64,000 nucleotides of DNA from Bacillota bacterium (GCA_021799275.1 JAJZAT010000018.1:661-64660); one strand, 5' to 3'. Shown: positions 35,988 to 46,671, numbered from the stretch's first letter. Notes: generated by a model from the sequence alone, not told the origin. Translations and numbers: made by a program.

Positions 35988-37492
35988 TTGACCTGCACCT
36001 CCGACGTCACGGCGGACGGCCCCTGTGCCGTCGCCCGGACCGATTGCGAGACATGCGTGAGGGCAGGTCCGATGGTCTTGGTGATGGCCTTCGGGTAGAG
36101 GCCGAAGAATACCATCGCCAGGATCAGCGGCGCGATCAGGGCGATCTGCCCGCCCCTGATCTCGGGCCGCTCGCCAGTGGCCCCTTCCAGCGCCCTGGGC
36201 GTGCCGTGCGCGACCTTCTGGAACAGGCGAACGAAGTAGGCCGCCGAGAGGATCACCGCGACGACCGCGATCCACGCCCAGACGGCGTGCGTCATGTAGA
36301 TACCGGTCAGCAGCGTGATCTCCCCTGCGAAGCCTTGCAGACCGGGCAGGCCCAGGCCCGTCAGCACGGCGATCAGGAAGAGGCCGGCCAGGATCGGTCC
36401 GCGTGCCTCGAGTCCGCCGAGCGCCTCGAGGTCCCGCGTGCCGAGCCGCTCCTCGACGAGACCGAAGAGCAGGAAGAGGCCGGAGGCGTAGATGCCGTGG
36501 TTGAACATCTGGAGCACGGCGCCCTGCAGGCCCGTGTAACTGAGGGCGGCGATACCTAGAAGGACGAGGCCGAGGTGCGAGAGCGAGGAGTACCCGATGA
36601 CGAGCTTGCCGTCACGCTGCGCCAGGGCGACGAACGCACCGTAGAGGATGCTGATCAGGGCGAGCACCCCGAGCACGGGCGCAAAGCGCTGCGCGGCGGT
36701 GGGCAGGATCGGCATCGCAATGCGCAGGAAGGCGTAGAGGGCCGTCTTGGACAGCACCGACGAAAGCATCGTCGTCACCGGCGCGGGAGCCTCGGCGTAG
36801 GCCTCAGGCATCCAGCTGTGGAACGGGAAGGTCGGGATCTTCACCATGAAGGCGAAGGCGAATGCGGCGAAGAGCCACATCTGCGTCGAGACCGGCAGGC
36901 TCAGGTGACTGAGCGCCGTGATGGAGAAGCTCCAGTGGCCCAGCTGCAGGAACGCCTCGTAACCGAGCACCACGACTGCAGCCAGCATCAGGAGACTGGG
37001 GACCAGGGAGTAGATCAGGAACTTGATCGCCGCCCGCTGCCGCCTGGGTCCGCCGTAGCTGGCGATCAGGATGTAGGCGGGGATGATCATGGCCTCCCAG
37101 AAGACGTAGAACACGAAGAGGTCCGCCGCGAGGAACACGCCGATGGCGGTCGCCTCGAGCAGCAGGAAGAGGACGTAGTACGTGCGGTCCCGCACCGGTG
37201 TCCAGGCGATGGCCACCGCCGAGACCACGGTTGTCAGGATCAGCAGCACGAGCGAGAGTCCGTCGAGTCCCAGCGACCAGTTCACGCCCCAGGCCCCGAT
37301 CCACGGCACGCTGATCAATGTGCCGTAGCCGCTGCCGTGGCCGTAGGCCGCCGGGATCACGTAGAGCGTCACGAGGAAGGTCAGGACGGCCACTCCGAAC
37401 GCCGTCCAGCGTGCGGCCTTGGCGGGCAGCAGGAGCAGGAGGAGAGCGCCCAGGACCGGCAGGAAAAACAAGACTTCCAGCATTCCCAGCAC
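35984..37492 (-). CDS. nuoM: NADH-quinone oxidoreductase subunit M
   Basis: FYVFWE, VKIP.FPFHSW.P.A..EAP, GLPGL.GF.GE. Confidence 0.95.
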   Translation of the reverse strand: MLGMLEVLFFLPVLGALLLLLLPAKAARWTAFGVAVLTFLVTLYVIPAAYGHGSGYGTLISVPWIGAWGVNWSLGLDGLSLVLLILTTVVSAVAIAWTPVRDRTYYVLFLLLEATAIGVFLAADLFVFYVFWEAMIIPAYILIASYGGPRRQRAAIKFLIYSLVPSLLMLAAVVVLGYEAFLQLGHWSFSITALSHLSLPVSTQMWLFAAFAFAFMVKIPTFPFHSWMPEAYAEAPAPVTTMLSSVLSKTALYAFLRIAMPILPTAAQRFAPVLGVLALISILYGAFVALAQRDGKLVIGYSSLSHLGLVLLGIAALSYTGLQGAVLQMFNHGIYASGLFLLFGLVEERLGTRDLEALGGLEARGPILAGLFLIAVLTGLGLPGLQGFAGEITLLTGIYMTHAVWAWIAVVAVILSAAYFVRLFQKVAHGTPRALEGATGERPEIRGGQIALIAPLILAMVFFGLYPKAITKTIGPALTHVSQSVRATAQGPSAVTSEVQVK

Positions 37493-37495
37493 CTC

Positions 37496-39373
37496 CTACT
37501 GCACCAGAGTGAGGTAGGCCACGATGGCCACACCGCCGATGAGCACCGCCAGGCCGTAGCGCCGCAGGAAGCCGTCCTGGAGCGGCGCCAAGGCCTCGCC
37601 CCAGGCCTTGACCAGTGCCGCGATACCCATCACGATGCCGTCCATCACGATTCGGTCGAACAGGTCGAGCGCAATGCCGAGGTGGTCGGTCGTCCAGACG
37701 AGGGCCGCGTGGCCGATCTCGTCGATGTAGTACTTGTTGTAGAGCACCTTGTGCACGCCGCGCACGCCCTCGGGCAGCTCCGTGCGTACCTCGCCGCGGC
37801 CGAAAAACAGCCACGCGACGTAGATGCCCACCAGGACCAGCACCGCTGTGAGCGCCATAGCGCCCCAGTTCGGCGCCGCCGAGGCGGCTGCGATCGTGCC
37901 GCCGGGGTAGCGGGCGAACACGGGAGCGAGCCAGTCGTCGAAGACGCTCCAGGCGCCCGGCACATTGAGGTACCCGCCGAACAGCGCGCCGACCGCGAGG
38001 ACGATCAAGGGGATCGTCATGACCTTCGGCGATTCGTGCGGGTGGCCGTCGCCACGATACTTGCCGTGGAAGGTGAGGAAGATCAGGCGGAAGATGTAGA
38101 GCGCCGTGAAGAACGCCGTGACGACGCCGACGAGCCAGAGCCAAAAGTGGCCAGAGGCCAAGGCCTGGCCGAGGATCTCATCCTTCGAGAAGAAGCCCGC
38201 GAAGAGCGGCACGCCCGCGTTCGATGCCGCACCGATCAGCATCGTCCAGTAGGTGATGGGCAGCAGTTTCTTCAGTCCGCCCATCTTGCGCATGTCCTGC
38301 TCGCCGCTCACCGCGTGGATCACGGAGCCGGCGGCAAGGAAGAGGAGCGCCTTGAAAAAGGCGTGCATCGTCAGGTGGAAGATGCCCGCGGCGTAAGCCC
38401 CGATGCCCACCGCCAGGAACATGTAGCCCAGCTGCGACACCGTCGAGTAGGCGATGACGCGCTTGATGTCGTTCTGCGTGATGGCGATCGTCGCGGCGAA
38501 CAGCGCCGTGAAGGCGCCGATGCCGGCGATCCACTCGGCCGCGACCGGCGCGGCGTGGAAGATCGGGTACGCGCGCGCCACGAGGTAGACGCCCGCCGTC
38601 ACCATCGTGGCCGCGTGGATCAGGGCGGAGACCGGTGTCGGGCCTTCCATGGCGTCCGGCAGCCAGACGTGCAGCGGGAACTGCGCCGACTTGGCCGCGG
38701 CTCCGAGGTAGAGGAGGAAGGCGATCAGCTCGACCTGGAAGGCCGAGAGCGAGCTCACGTGGCTGAACACGCCGGCGTAGTTCAGGCGGCCGAGGGTCGT
38801 GACCAGGATGAAGATCGCCAGCATGATGCCGACGTCACCAGCGACGTTGAGGACCAACGCCTTGCGGGCCGCCTGCACGGCGCTCGGGCGGGTGTGCCAG
38901 AAGCCGATCAGGAGGTAAGACGCCAGACCGACGCCGCCCCAGCCGACGAGGAGGAAGACGAAGTTGTCCGCCGACACGAGCAGCAGCATCGCGAGGGCAA
39001 AGAGGTTCAGGTAGCTGAAGAAGCGCTGGAAGTTGTCGTCGTCGTGCATGTAGCCGACCGAGTACAGGTGGATCAGGAAACCGACGAACGTAACGATCAG
39101 GAAGAACGTCGTCGACAGCGGGTCGATCAGGAGGCCGAACTGCAGCTTCAGGGCACCGGCGTGAATCCACTGCCAGTACACCGGGTCGAAGCTGCGCTGC
39201 GCCGGCGGCAGCTGCAGCAGGCGCCAGAACACGGACAGGGTCCAGAGGAACGCGGCGCCCATGGCACCCACCGTGACGTACGCGGTTGCCTTACGCCCGA
39301 TGCTCTTGCCGAAGATGGCGGCGATCAGGCTGCCGAGCGCCGGCAGGAGGAGGATAACGATTGCGTCTTGCAT
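37496..39373 (-). CDS. nuoL: NADH-quinone oxidoreductase subunit L
   Basis: KSAQFPLHVWLPDAMEGPTPVSALIHAATMV. Confidence 0.96.
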   Translation of the reverse strand: MQDAIVILLLPALGSLIAAIFGKSIGRKATAYVTVGAMGAAFLWTLSVFWRLLQLPPAQRSFDPVYWQWIHAGALKLQFGLLIDPLSTTFFLIVTFVGFLIHLYSVGYMHDDDNFQRFFSYLNLFALAMLLLVSADNFVFLLVGWGGVGLASYLLIGFWHTRPSAVQAARKALVLNVAGDVGIMLAIFILVTTLGRLNYAGVFSHVSSLSAFQVELIAFLLYLGAAAKSAQFPLHVWLPDAMEGPTPVSALIHAATMVTAGVYLVARAYPIFHAAPVAAEWIAGIGAFTALFAATIAITQNDIKRVIAYSTVSQLGYMFLAVGIGAYAAGIFHLTMHAFFKALLFLAAGSVIHAVSGEQDMRKMGGLKKLLPITYWTMLIGAASNAGVPLFAGFFSKDEILGQALASGHFWLWLVGVVTAFFTALYIFRLIFLTFHGKYRGDGHPHESPKVMTIPLIVLAVGALFGGYLNVPGAWSVFDDWLAPVFARYPGGTIAAASAAPNWGAMALTAVLVLVGIYVAWLFFGRGEVRTELPEGVRGVHKVLYNKYYIDEIGHAALVWTTDHLGIALDLFDRIVMDGIVMGIAALVKAWGEALAPLQDGFLRRYGLAVLIGGVAIVAYLTLVQ

Positions 39374-39376
39374 GTC

Positions 39377-39679
39377 CTACCCCTTCATCAGCGAGAGGTC
39401 GTCGACGTCCACGTGCTCGCGCTTGCGGAACACCATGACGATGATCGCCAGGCCGATCGCGACTTCCGCCGCGGCGACCGTGATCACCAGGAACACGAAG
39501 ATGTGCCCCGCCATGTCGAGATACTGGCGTGCGAACGCCACGAAGCTGAGGTTTACCGCGTTCCACATCAGCTCGACCGCCATGAACATCTGCAGCGGGT
39601 TGCGCCGTGACAGGACGCCTACGCCGCCGATGACGAACAGCACGGCGGAGAGGACAAGATAGTAGCCGATCGGCACCAT
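39377..39679 (-). CDS. nuoK: NADH-quinone oxidoreductase subunit K
   Basis: RRN...M.VELM.NA, VAAAEVAIGLA. Confidence 0.95.
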   Translation of the reverse strand: MVPIGYYLVLSAVLFVIGGVGVLSRRNPLQMFMAVELMWNAVNLSFVAFARQYLDMAGHIFVFLVITVAAAEVAIGLAIIVMVFRKREHVDVDDLSLMKG

Positions 39680-39692
39680 GAGCTTCCCTCCC

Positions 39693-40205
39693 CTACTCCT
39701 GCTCGCGTCCGAGTACGACGACGCCGATGACTGCGACAAGCAGCACGACGGCCGTCAGCTCGAAGGGCAGGAGGTATCGCGTAAAGAGCGCCGTGCCGAA
39801 CGAGGCAATCGTGCCGAAGCTCCCGCCTTGCGGGCCGGCAAGCGTCCCGACCCACCCCGCGCCGACGAGGGAGTGCAGAACCAGCACGAAGAGGATGAGA
39901 CCGAAGAGTCCGGCGATCAGGGTCTGGTAGGCGAGGCGCAGGTGGTGCTCCTCCCTCGGCGGTTTGACGCCCGCCATGAGGAGCGTCACCACGAAGAGGA
40001 AGAGAACCATGACCGCCCCTGCGTAGACCAGCACCTCGACCACGGCGAGGAACTCGGCGTGAAGCAGCAGGAAGAGGACACCGAGCGACAGCATGGTGAG
40101 CACGAGCGACAAGGCCGTGTGCACGGGGTTGCGCAGCGTCACGACGCCGATGGCGCCCGCGACGGCCAGCACGGCTGCGATCCAGAAGACGACGGTGCTC
40201 AGCAT
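39693..40205 (-). CDS. nuoJ: NADH-quinone oxidoreductase subunit J
   Basis: NPVHTAL, VYAGAVMVLFLFV, PFEL. Confidence 0.95.
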   Translation of the reverse strand: MLSTVVFWIAAVLAVAGAIGVVTLRNPVHTALSLVLTMLSLGVLFLLLHAEFLAVVEVLVYAGAVMVLFLFVVTLLMAGVKPPREEHHLRLAYQTLIAGLFGLILFVLVLHSLVGAGWVGTLAGPQGGSFGTIASFGTALFTRYLLPFELTAVVLLVAVIGVVVLGREQE

Positions 40206-40250
40206 CGGAAGACCCCCTTGAGAAGGCCGGGGCACAGCGCCCCGGCCCCC

Positions 40251-41231
40251 TTAGCGTGCAACGGCCACCCAGACGGCGGTCGCGAGCGTGTTGAGAAGGG
40301 CCACCGGCAGAAGCACCTTCCAGCCGAAGGCCATGAGGCGATCGTAGCGCAGCCGGGGCAGCGTCGCCCGCAGCCAGATGAAGAAGTACATGAACGCCGC
40401 GACCTTGATCAGGAACCAGAGCTCCGGCGGCAGCCAGGGTCCGTGCCAGCCGCCGAGGAAGAGGGTCGTGGCAAGGCCGGACACCGTGATCATGTTGATG
40501 TACTCCGCCATCATGTACATGGCCCATTTGAGGCCCGTGTACTCCGTATGGTAACCAGCCACAAGCTCGTTCTCGGCTTCCGGCAAGTCGAACGGCGTGC
40601 GGTTCGTCTCGGCGACCATGGTGATCACATAGATGATGAAGCCGAGGATCTCGGGCACGATGTACCAGAGGTGGTACTGCCGCGCGATGATCGTGTTGAG
40701 GTCGGTGGAGCCCGCGAGGAGCAGAACGCCGGTCACCGCGAGGCCCATCGCGAGTTCGTAGGAGATGATCTGTGCCGTCGAGCGCAGGCCACCGAGCAGG
40801 CTGTACTTGTTCGACGAGGCCCAACCGCCGAGGATGATGCCGTACACGCCCAGGGCGGTGATGGCGAAGATGAACAGGATGCCGATGTCCGGCCCGCCGA
40901 TCTCCATCGGAACGGTCCGGCCGAAGATGTGGAGCGGTGGTCCCCAGGGGATGACCGCGAACGCCACAATGGCCGCCGTGAGGGAGATGAACGGAGCCAG
41001 GAGGTAGATGGCGCGGTCCGCCGCGGTCGGGATGATCTCCTCTTTGAAGACCAGCTTGAGTCCGTCGGCCACGAACTGCATCACCCCGGCCGGGCCGAGG
41101 CGGTTCGGCCCCGGCCGGAACTGGAAGCGCGCGAGCACCTTGCGCTCCAGCCAGGTCATCACGCCGAATGCCGCAAGCAGCAGCACGGCTGTGATGAGAC
41201 CCTTGACGATGATGAGAATGACTGTGAGCAT
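40251..41231 (-). CDS. nuoH: NADH-quinone oxidoreductase subunit H
   Basis: ERK...R.GPNR, AETNRTPFDLPEAE.EL.AGY. Confidence 0.96.
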   Translation of the reverse strand: MLTVILIIVKGLITAVLLLAAFGVMTWLERKVLARFQFRPGPNRLGPAGVMQFVADGLKLVFKEEIIPTAADRAIYLLAPFISLTAAIVAFAVIPWGPPLHIFGRTVPMEIGGPDIGILFIFAITALGVYGIILGGWASSNKYSLLGGLRSTAQIISYELAMGLAVTGVLLLAGSTDLNTIIARQYHLWYIVPEILGFIIYVITMVAETNRTPFDLPEAENELVAGYHTEYTGLKWAMYMMAEYINMITVSGLATTLFLGGWHGPWLPPELWFLIKVAAFMYFFIWLRATLPRLRYDRLMAFGWKVLLPVALLNTLATAVWVAVAR

Positions 41232-41232
41232 C

Positions 41233-43230
41233 CTACTCCGCCCTCCCAGCGAGCTCCGCCTGCGGCACGAGCGAGCGCAGGAACGGATCGGGTGTTACGC
41301 CCTTCTTGTAGATGCTTGGCTTGACTTCGGCGCCGCGCTTGGCCGCGTAGCCGCCCTTGGGCAGAGGTCCGCCCTCGCGCCGGTGGGACTCGAACAGCAC
41401 GGGCAGTTCGGCCTTCACGGCCGCCTCCGTCTCCTCCTGGCCCCAGTCGAGGCCGAGGAGGCGCGCCATCAGCTGCCAGTCGTCGTAGACGCCGCTCGGC
41501 CTGCTGGCACCGGAGTAGTAGCGCTGCGCGCGTCCTTCCATGTTCACGAAGTGGCCATCGGACTCCGCCCAGCCCGCGAGAGGCAGCACCACGTCCGCGC
41601 GCTCGGTCGCCGCGCTCGGCACGACGGCCGCGACCGCGAGGAACGGCAGGCGGTTCAAGCCTTCGGCGACGAGGTCCTGGTCGGTGAACTCGCCGAGATC
41701 CTCCGCAAGGAGGAACATCGCGTCGAGTTCGCCCTTGCCGGCAGCCTCGAGCATTCCCTTGGTGTCGAGCCCGCCGTCGCCTGGCACAAGCCCGACCGCC
41801 TGGGCGCCGAACGAGTTTGCGAGGCCGCCGACCACCATGGTGTAGGTCTCTCCGGACCTCGCCTTGACGGCAGCCTCGATCGCCGAGGCGACGTCCTCGC
41901 CGCGGCCGCTCCAGATCATGAGCACCTTGCGGGCCTTGAGGAACGCCTCGCCGAGCTCGCCGCCGCCTTGGGCGATCTCTGTCAGGGTCTTTGCGACGTC
42001 GTCCGTCTGTAGGTCCTCATGCGGCATGTCGAGCAGGTCCGCACGCCGGCCGATGCTGACGATGCGCAGTCCCTTGCGCTCGAACCGGCGCAGTCTGAGG
42101 CCGAAGACGGGCGCCTCCTCGATCAGCTCGGCGTCCAGCGCAAGCACCAGATCCGCGTCGTTCACGTCGTCGATCCGCCCCACAGGTCCCGGCGCGATCG
42201 CCGTGGTGAGCGGCATGACGCGGTGGTCGAGGTTCTGCGAGCCAAGCTTCTCCTGCATCCAGCGCCGCATCAGGTACTGGGCTTCGAGCGAGCTGCGGCC
42301 GCCGCCGAGCGCGCCTACCCGGCCCTTCATGCCGCTCTCGAGGGCCGCGATCGCCTCGGACCACGATACGGGCACCAGTTGCCCGCTCCGGCGGACCATA
42401 GGCTCCGTGATCCGCTCACCCTCGTGCAGGAAGCCGTAGCCAAAGCGGCCACGGTCGCAGAGCCAACCCCAGTCGATCTCCTCGTTGTCGCGAGACAGGA
42501 TGCGCTTGACCTCGCCGCGCCGCAGCGACAGCCGGATATTGCAGCCGACCGGGCAGTGCGGGCAGATCGACTCGACCTCGTCGAGGTCCCAGGGACGCGC
42601 CTTGAAGCGGAACGGACGCGACGTGAGGGCGCCGACGGGGCAGATCTCGATGGTGTTGCCGGAGAAGATCGAGTCGAAGGTGCGCCCTTCGGCGACGTCG
42701 ACCACGGCGTGGCCACCACGGTCGTGCAGCGTCAGCACAGGGTCGCCGGCGACGTCCTGCATGAAGCGCACGCAGCGCATGCACTGGATGCAGCGCTCCT
42801 GGTCGAGCTCGACGATCGGTCCCAGGGGGCGCGCCTTGTCGAGGTGGCGCTTGTGGTCGGCGAACCGCGTCAGGTTCGGGCCGTAGCGGATCGAGTTGTC
42901 CTGCAGGTCGCACTCGCCGCCCTTGTCGCAGATCGGGCAGTCGAGCGGGTGGTTCGCCAGGATGAACTCGAGCACGCCGGCGTGCGACTTCCTGACGTCA
43001 TCGGTGTCGGTGTAGACAACCATGCCTTCCGCGACCGGTGTGGCACAGGCCGGCTGCAGCTTCGGCATCTTCTCGATGCGCACGAGACACATGCGGCAGG
43101 CCGCCACCGGATCCATGCGCGGATGGTAGCAGAAGACGGGGATCTCGATACCCGCCTGCTTGGCGGCGTCGAGGATCAAGGTTCCGGGCTCGACCTGCAC
43201 CTCGCGGCCGTCGATCGTGAGGGTAATCAA
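41233..43230 (-). CDS. nuoG: NADH-quinone oxidoreductase subunit G
   Basis: IPVFCYH, CRMC, HPLDCPICDKGGECDLQD, CPHCPVGC; TTG start. Confidence 0.95.
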   Translation of the reverse strand: MITLTIDGREVQVEPGTLILDAAKQAGIEIPVFCYHPRMDPVAACRMCLVRIEKMPKLQPACATPVAEGMVVYTDTDDVRKSHAGVLEFILANHPLDCPICDKGGECDLQDNSIRYGPNLTRFADHKRHLDKARPLGPIVELDQERCIQCMRCVRFMQDVAGDPVLTLHDRGGHAVVDVAEGRTFDSIFSGNTIEICPVGALTSRPFRFKARPWDLDEVESICPHCPVGCNIRLSLRRGEVKRILSRDNEEIDWGWLCDRGRFGYGFLHEGERITEPMVRRSGQLVPVSWSEAIAALESGMKGRVGALGGGRSSLEAQYLMRRWMQEKLGSQNLDHRVMPLTTAIAPGPVGRIDDVNDADLVLALDAELIEEAPVFGLRLRRFERKGLRIVSIGRRADLLDMPHEDLQTDDVAKTLTEIAQGGGELGEAFLKARKVLMIWSGRGEDVASAIEAAVKARSGETYTMVVGGLANSFGAQAVGLVPGDGGLDTKGMLEAAGKGELDAMFLLAEDLGEFTDQDLVAEGLNRLPFLAVAAVVPSAATERADVVLPLAGWAESDGHFVNMEGRAQRYYSGASRPSGVYDDWQLMARLLGLDWGQEETEAAVKAELPVLFESHRREGGPLPKGGYAAKRGAEVKPSIYKKGVTPDPFLRSLVPQAELAGRAE

Positions 43231-44507
43231 CGCACTACCTCCCCCATCGGGCAGCCGCCCTTGGTGATGTGCGCCTCGAATTCGTCGTGGAAGAGCTTCA
43301 GGCCCGACCTGAGGGCGCCAATGGCGGCGTCGCCGAGCGGGCAGAAGGTCTGACCGTCGATGTTGCTGCACAGGTCCTCGAGCGTCTCGAGATCGCCCGG
43401 GCGACCCCCGCCCGACTCGATGCGCTGGAGGATCTGGTTCAGCCACATGGTGCCTTCCCGGCAGGGCGTGCACTTGCCGCAGGACTCATGCCGGTAGAAC
43501 TCCATCAGGCGCAGGGTGGAACCGGCGATGCAGGCCCGATCGTCGAGCACGATGACACCGCCGGAGCCGAGCATGGTTCCGGCAGCCTGCAGCGACTCGT
43601 AGTCGAGCGGCGTGTCGAACTTATCGGGCGTCAGGAACGGCACCGAGGAGCCACCAGGGATGATGGCCTTGAATTCGTGGCCTTCGGGCGGCCCGCCGGC
43701 GATGTCGTAGAGGAGTTCCCGCAGGGTTACCTTGCCGAGCTCCACCTCGTAGTTGCCGGGCCTCTTGACGTTGCCCGAGACCGAGAAGAGCTTGGTGCCG
43801 GCGCTCCGCTCCGTGCCGAGCTTGGCGTATTCGGCGCCGCCCATCTCGATGATCGGTACGACGGCCGATAGCGTCTCGACGTTGTTCACGACGGTCGGCA
43901 TGCTGTAGAGACCTGCCGTCGCGGGGAACGGCGGCTTGAGGCGCGGGTTGCCGCGCTTGCCCTCAAGGCTCTCCAGGAGAGCTGTCTCCTCGCCGCAGAT
44001 ATAGGCGCCGGCGCCCAGATAGAGCGTGATCTCGATCTTCTTCCCGGACCCCAGCACGTTGTCTCCGACATAGCCCTTGGCGCGGGCCTCCGCGATGGCC
44101 CGCTCGAGGATCGCGTAGCCGGTCTTGAACTCGCCGCGCAGGTAGATGAACGCGTCCTCGGCACCGATCGCGTAGGCGCTCGCGAGAACGCCCTCGATCA
44201 GGAGGTGCGGAATGCGGTAGATGATCTCCTGGTCCTTGCAGGTGCCCGGCTCGGACTCGTCGCCGTTGCAAACGAGGTAGCGGGTCCGCCCGTCCTTCGG
44301 GAGGAAGCTCCACTTGCGGCCGGTTGGGAATCCTGCGCCGCCACGACCCCTGAGGTTCGAGGTCATGACCTCCTGCAGGACCGCGTCGGGCGTCATGTCG
44401 AGGACGGCCTTGCGCAGCGACTGATAGCCGCCGTGCTGCTCGTAGACCTCGATTCCGTCGATGCCCGGGACGTCGATATTCTTGAAGAGAAGCCGCTTCT
44501 CAGGCAC
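43227..44507 (-). CDS. nuoF: NADH-quinone oxidoreductase subunit F
   Basis: LRGRGGAGFP, GAGAYICGEE, ESCGKCTPCREG. Confidence 0.97.
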   Translation of the reverse strand: MPEKRLLFKNIDVPGIDGIEVYEQHGGYQSLRKAVLDMTPDAVLQEVMTSNLRGRGGAGFPTGRKWSFLPKDGRTRYLVCNGDESEPGTCKDQEIIYRIPHLLIEGVLASAYAIGAEDAFIYLRGEFKTGYAILERAIAEARAKGYVGDNVLGSGKKIEITLYLGAGAYICGEETALLESLEGKRGNPRLKPPFPATAGLYSMPTVVNNVETLSAVVPIIEMGGAEYAKLGTERSAGTKLFSVSGNVKRPGNYEVELGKVTLRELLYDIAGGPPEGHEFKAIIPGGSSVPFLTPDKFDTPLDYESLQAAGTMLGSGGVIVLDDRACIAGSTLRLMEFYRHESCGKCTPCREGTMWLNQILQRIESGGGRPGDLETLEDLCSNIDGQTFCPLGDAAIGALRSGLKLFHDEFEAHITKGGCPMGEVVR

Positions 44508-44982
44508 CGCTCCGGACCTCCTTCGCGGCCTTGTCGAGGAAGGAGCGCAACTGCTCCTTGGTCACGTTGGGATAGAAGTCGAGGTTGATCTGCACCGCGG
44601 GCGCATTCTTGCAGAGCGCGATGCACTCGACCTCTTCCACGGTGAAGAGACCGTCCGGCGTCGTGCCGTTGCGCTGCACGCCGAGCTCCTCATAGAGGAA
44701 CCGCGAGAGCTCGTCGGCGCCGTTGAGCTGGCAGCTCAGCCCGCGGCAGACCTGGATCAGGTACTTGCCGGTGGGCTGACGGTGAAACAGCGTGTAGAAC
44801 GTCAGCACGCCCTCGACGTAGGCCGGCGTCACACCCATCAGGTCCGCGACAACCTGCACCTCGGCCTCGGGAATGTAGCCGAACTCGTCCTCGACGAGGT
44901 GGAGCAGCGGGATCAGCGCCGACGACTTCTTGGGGAAGCGATGTAGCAGATCGTTCGCTTTGGCGAGGTTTTCCGCGTTCAT
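44500..44982 (-). CDS. nuoE: NADH-quinone oxidoreductase subunit E
   Basis: TFY, VCRGLSC, VECIALC..AP. Confidence 0.93.
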   Translation of the reverse strand: MNAENLAKANDLLHRFPKKSSALIPLLHLVEDEFGYIPEAEVQVVADLMGVTPAYVEGVLTFYTLFHRQPTGKYLIQVCRGLSCQLNGADELSRFLYEELGVQRNGTTPDGLFTVEEVECIALCKNAPAVQINLDFYPNVTKEQLRSFLDKAAKEVRSGA

Positions 44983-46190
44983 CGGTCCACCTCCCCGAGC
45001 ACGATGTCGATCGAGCCGATCGCCGCGACGACGTCGGCGAGCATCTTGTCCTGCACGAGTACGGGCAGGGCGGCGATGTTGTAGAACGAAGGTCCCCTGA
45101 CCCGCACGCGGTAGGGCTTGCCCGAGCCGTCCGACACGATGAAGTAGCCGATCTCGCCCTTCGGCCCCTCGACTGCCGAGTAGACCTCGCCGGCCGGAAC
45201 CCTGATTCCCTCCGTGAAGAGCTTGAAGTGGTAGATGAGCGCCTCCATGTTGCGCCCGATCTCCTGCTTGTTCGGCGGGTAGATCTTCCAGCCGGGGACG
45301 TGCCAGTCGCCTTCGGGCAGGTTGTCGATCGCCTGGCGGACGATCTTGAGGCTCTCCTGCATCTCGCGCATGCGCACGTGGTACCGCGCGTAGACGTCGC
45401 CGTCCGTCTCGGTGATGACGTCGAAGTCGAATTCCTCGTAGGACGAGTAGGGGTTCGTCTGCCGCAGGTCCCGCGGAACTCCGCACGCCCGCAGCAGCGG
45501 GCCGGTCCAGCCGTAGTCCAGGGCCTTCTCGGCCGTGATCGGCGCAGTGCCCTTGAGGCGCTCGATCCAGATCGGGTTGCGGTCAAGCAGCGCGTAGTAC
45601 TCCTGCAGCCAGTGCGGGAAGCCGTCGAGGAAGGCGCGCAGCTTCTCCTCGAACCCTGGCGGCAGGTCGTTGAGGAGCCCGCCGACGCGGAAGTAGCTCG
45701 GGTTCATGCGCGTGCCGGCGGACATCTCGATCATGTCGAGGATCTGCTCCCGCTGCTGCATGGTGTAGAAGAAGGGCGACATCGCGCCCATGTCCATCGC
45801 GGCCGTGCCCAGCCAGACGAGGTGGCTCGCGATACGTGAGAGTTCCGCGAACATGACGCGAATGTACTGGCAGCGCTTGGGCACCTCGACGCCGAGCAGC
45901 TTCTCCACACCAAGCACGTAGCCGAAGTTGTTCGTGATCGGCGAGAGGTAGTCCATGCGGTCCGTCAGGGTGATCGCCTGGTTGAACGTGAGATCCTCGC
46001 AATTCTTCTCGATCCCCGTGTGCAGGTAGCCGATGATCGGCTCGCAGGCCCGGATCTGCTCGCCGTCCAGGGCCACACGCACGCGCAGCACGCCGTGGGT
46101 GGCCGGGTGCTGCGGTCCGAGGTTGATCACCATGGGCTTGAGGCCAGTCTCGGGGTCGACCTGGCCGATGGTCGTCTCGATGTCTGCCAT
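44979..46190 (-). CDS. nuoD: NADH-quinone oxidoreductase subunit D
   Basis: GPQHPATHGVLR, GYLH.G.EK, D.VLGEVDR. Confidence 0.97.
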   Translation of the reverse strand: MADIETTIGQVDPETGLKPMVINLGPQHPATHGVLRVRVALDGEQIRACEPIIGYLHTGIEKNCEDLTFNQAITLTDRMDYLSPITNNFGYVLGVEKLLGVEVPKRCQYIRVMFAELSRIASHLVWLGTAAMDMGAMSPFFYTMQQREQILDMIEMSAGTRMNPSYFRVGGLLNDLPPGFEEKLRAFLDGFPHWLQEYYALLDRNPIWIERLKGTAPITAEKALDYGWTGPLLRACGVPRDLRQTNPYSSYEEFDFDVITETDGDVYARYHVRMREMQESLKIVRQAIDNLPEGDWHVPGWKIYPPNKQEIGRNMEALIYHFKLFTEGIRVPAGEVYSAVEGPKGEIGYFIVSDGSGKPYRVRVRGPSFYNIAALPVLVQDKMLADVVAAIGSIDIVLGEVDR

Positions 46191-46203
46191 GCCGATTCCC
46201 CCC

Positions 46204-46671
46204 TTACTCGCGCACCAGCGGCGGCAAGGGGTCCAGCCCCGTGAGGGGGTAGTCCTTGCGCAGCGGGTTGCCCTTCCAGTCGTCGGGCATGAGAATTCGC
46301 CTCAGGTCCGGGTGCCCGCGGAAGCGGATGCCGAACATGTCGTAGCACTCGCGCTCCGCCCAGTTCGCCGAGGCGTACACGTGCGCGATGCTCGGCACCG
46401 TCGGCTCGTCTCCGCCTACCTGGACCTTGAGGCGCAGCCACGCCTTCTCGTCCAGGTGGTACAGGTGGTAGACAACATCAAAACGCGGCTCGCGCCCGAG
46501 GCGGTCCACCGCGGTGACATCGATCAGCATGTTGAAGCCCTGGGACTTCAGGAATGTGACAACGCTCACGATCTCGGCCGCGGGCAACTGGACGACGGTC
46601 TGTCCAAGCGGCTCCGACACCGTCACGCGGTCGCCGAACGACTCCTGGAGGGCGTCGAGAATCTCCTTCAC
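46204..46671 (-). CDS. nuoC: NADH-quinone oxidoreductase subunit C
   Basis: [23 protein letters not shown]...PLRKDYPL. Confidence 0.95.
   Translation of the reverse strand: MKEILDALQESFGDRVTVSEPLGQTVVQLPAAEIVSVVTFLKSQGFNMLIDVTAVDRLGREPRFDVVYHLYHLDEKAWLRLKVQVGGDEPTVPSIAHVYASANWAERECYDMFGIRFRGHPDLRRILMPDDWKGNPLRKDYPLTGLDPLPPLVRE

Noticed and set aside
36575-39610. 1011-aa plus-strand ORF and other long antisense ORFs (18799-20430, 39678-41324, 55686-57674)
   Set aside because: Shadows of high-GC3 genes on the opposite strand; no motifs
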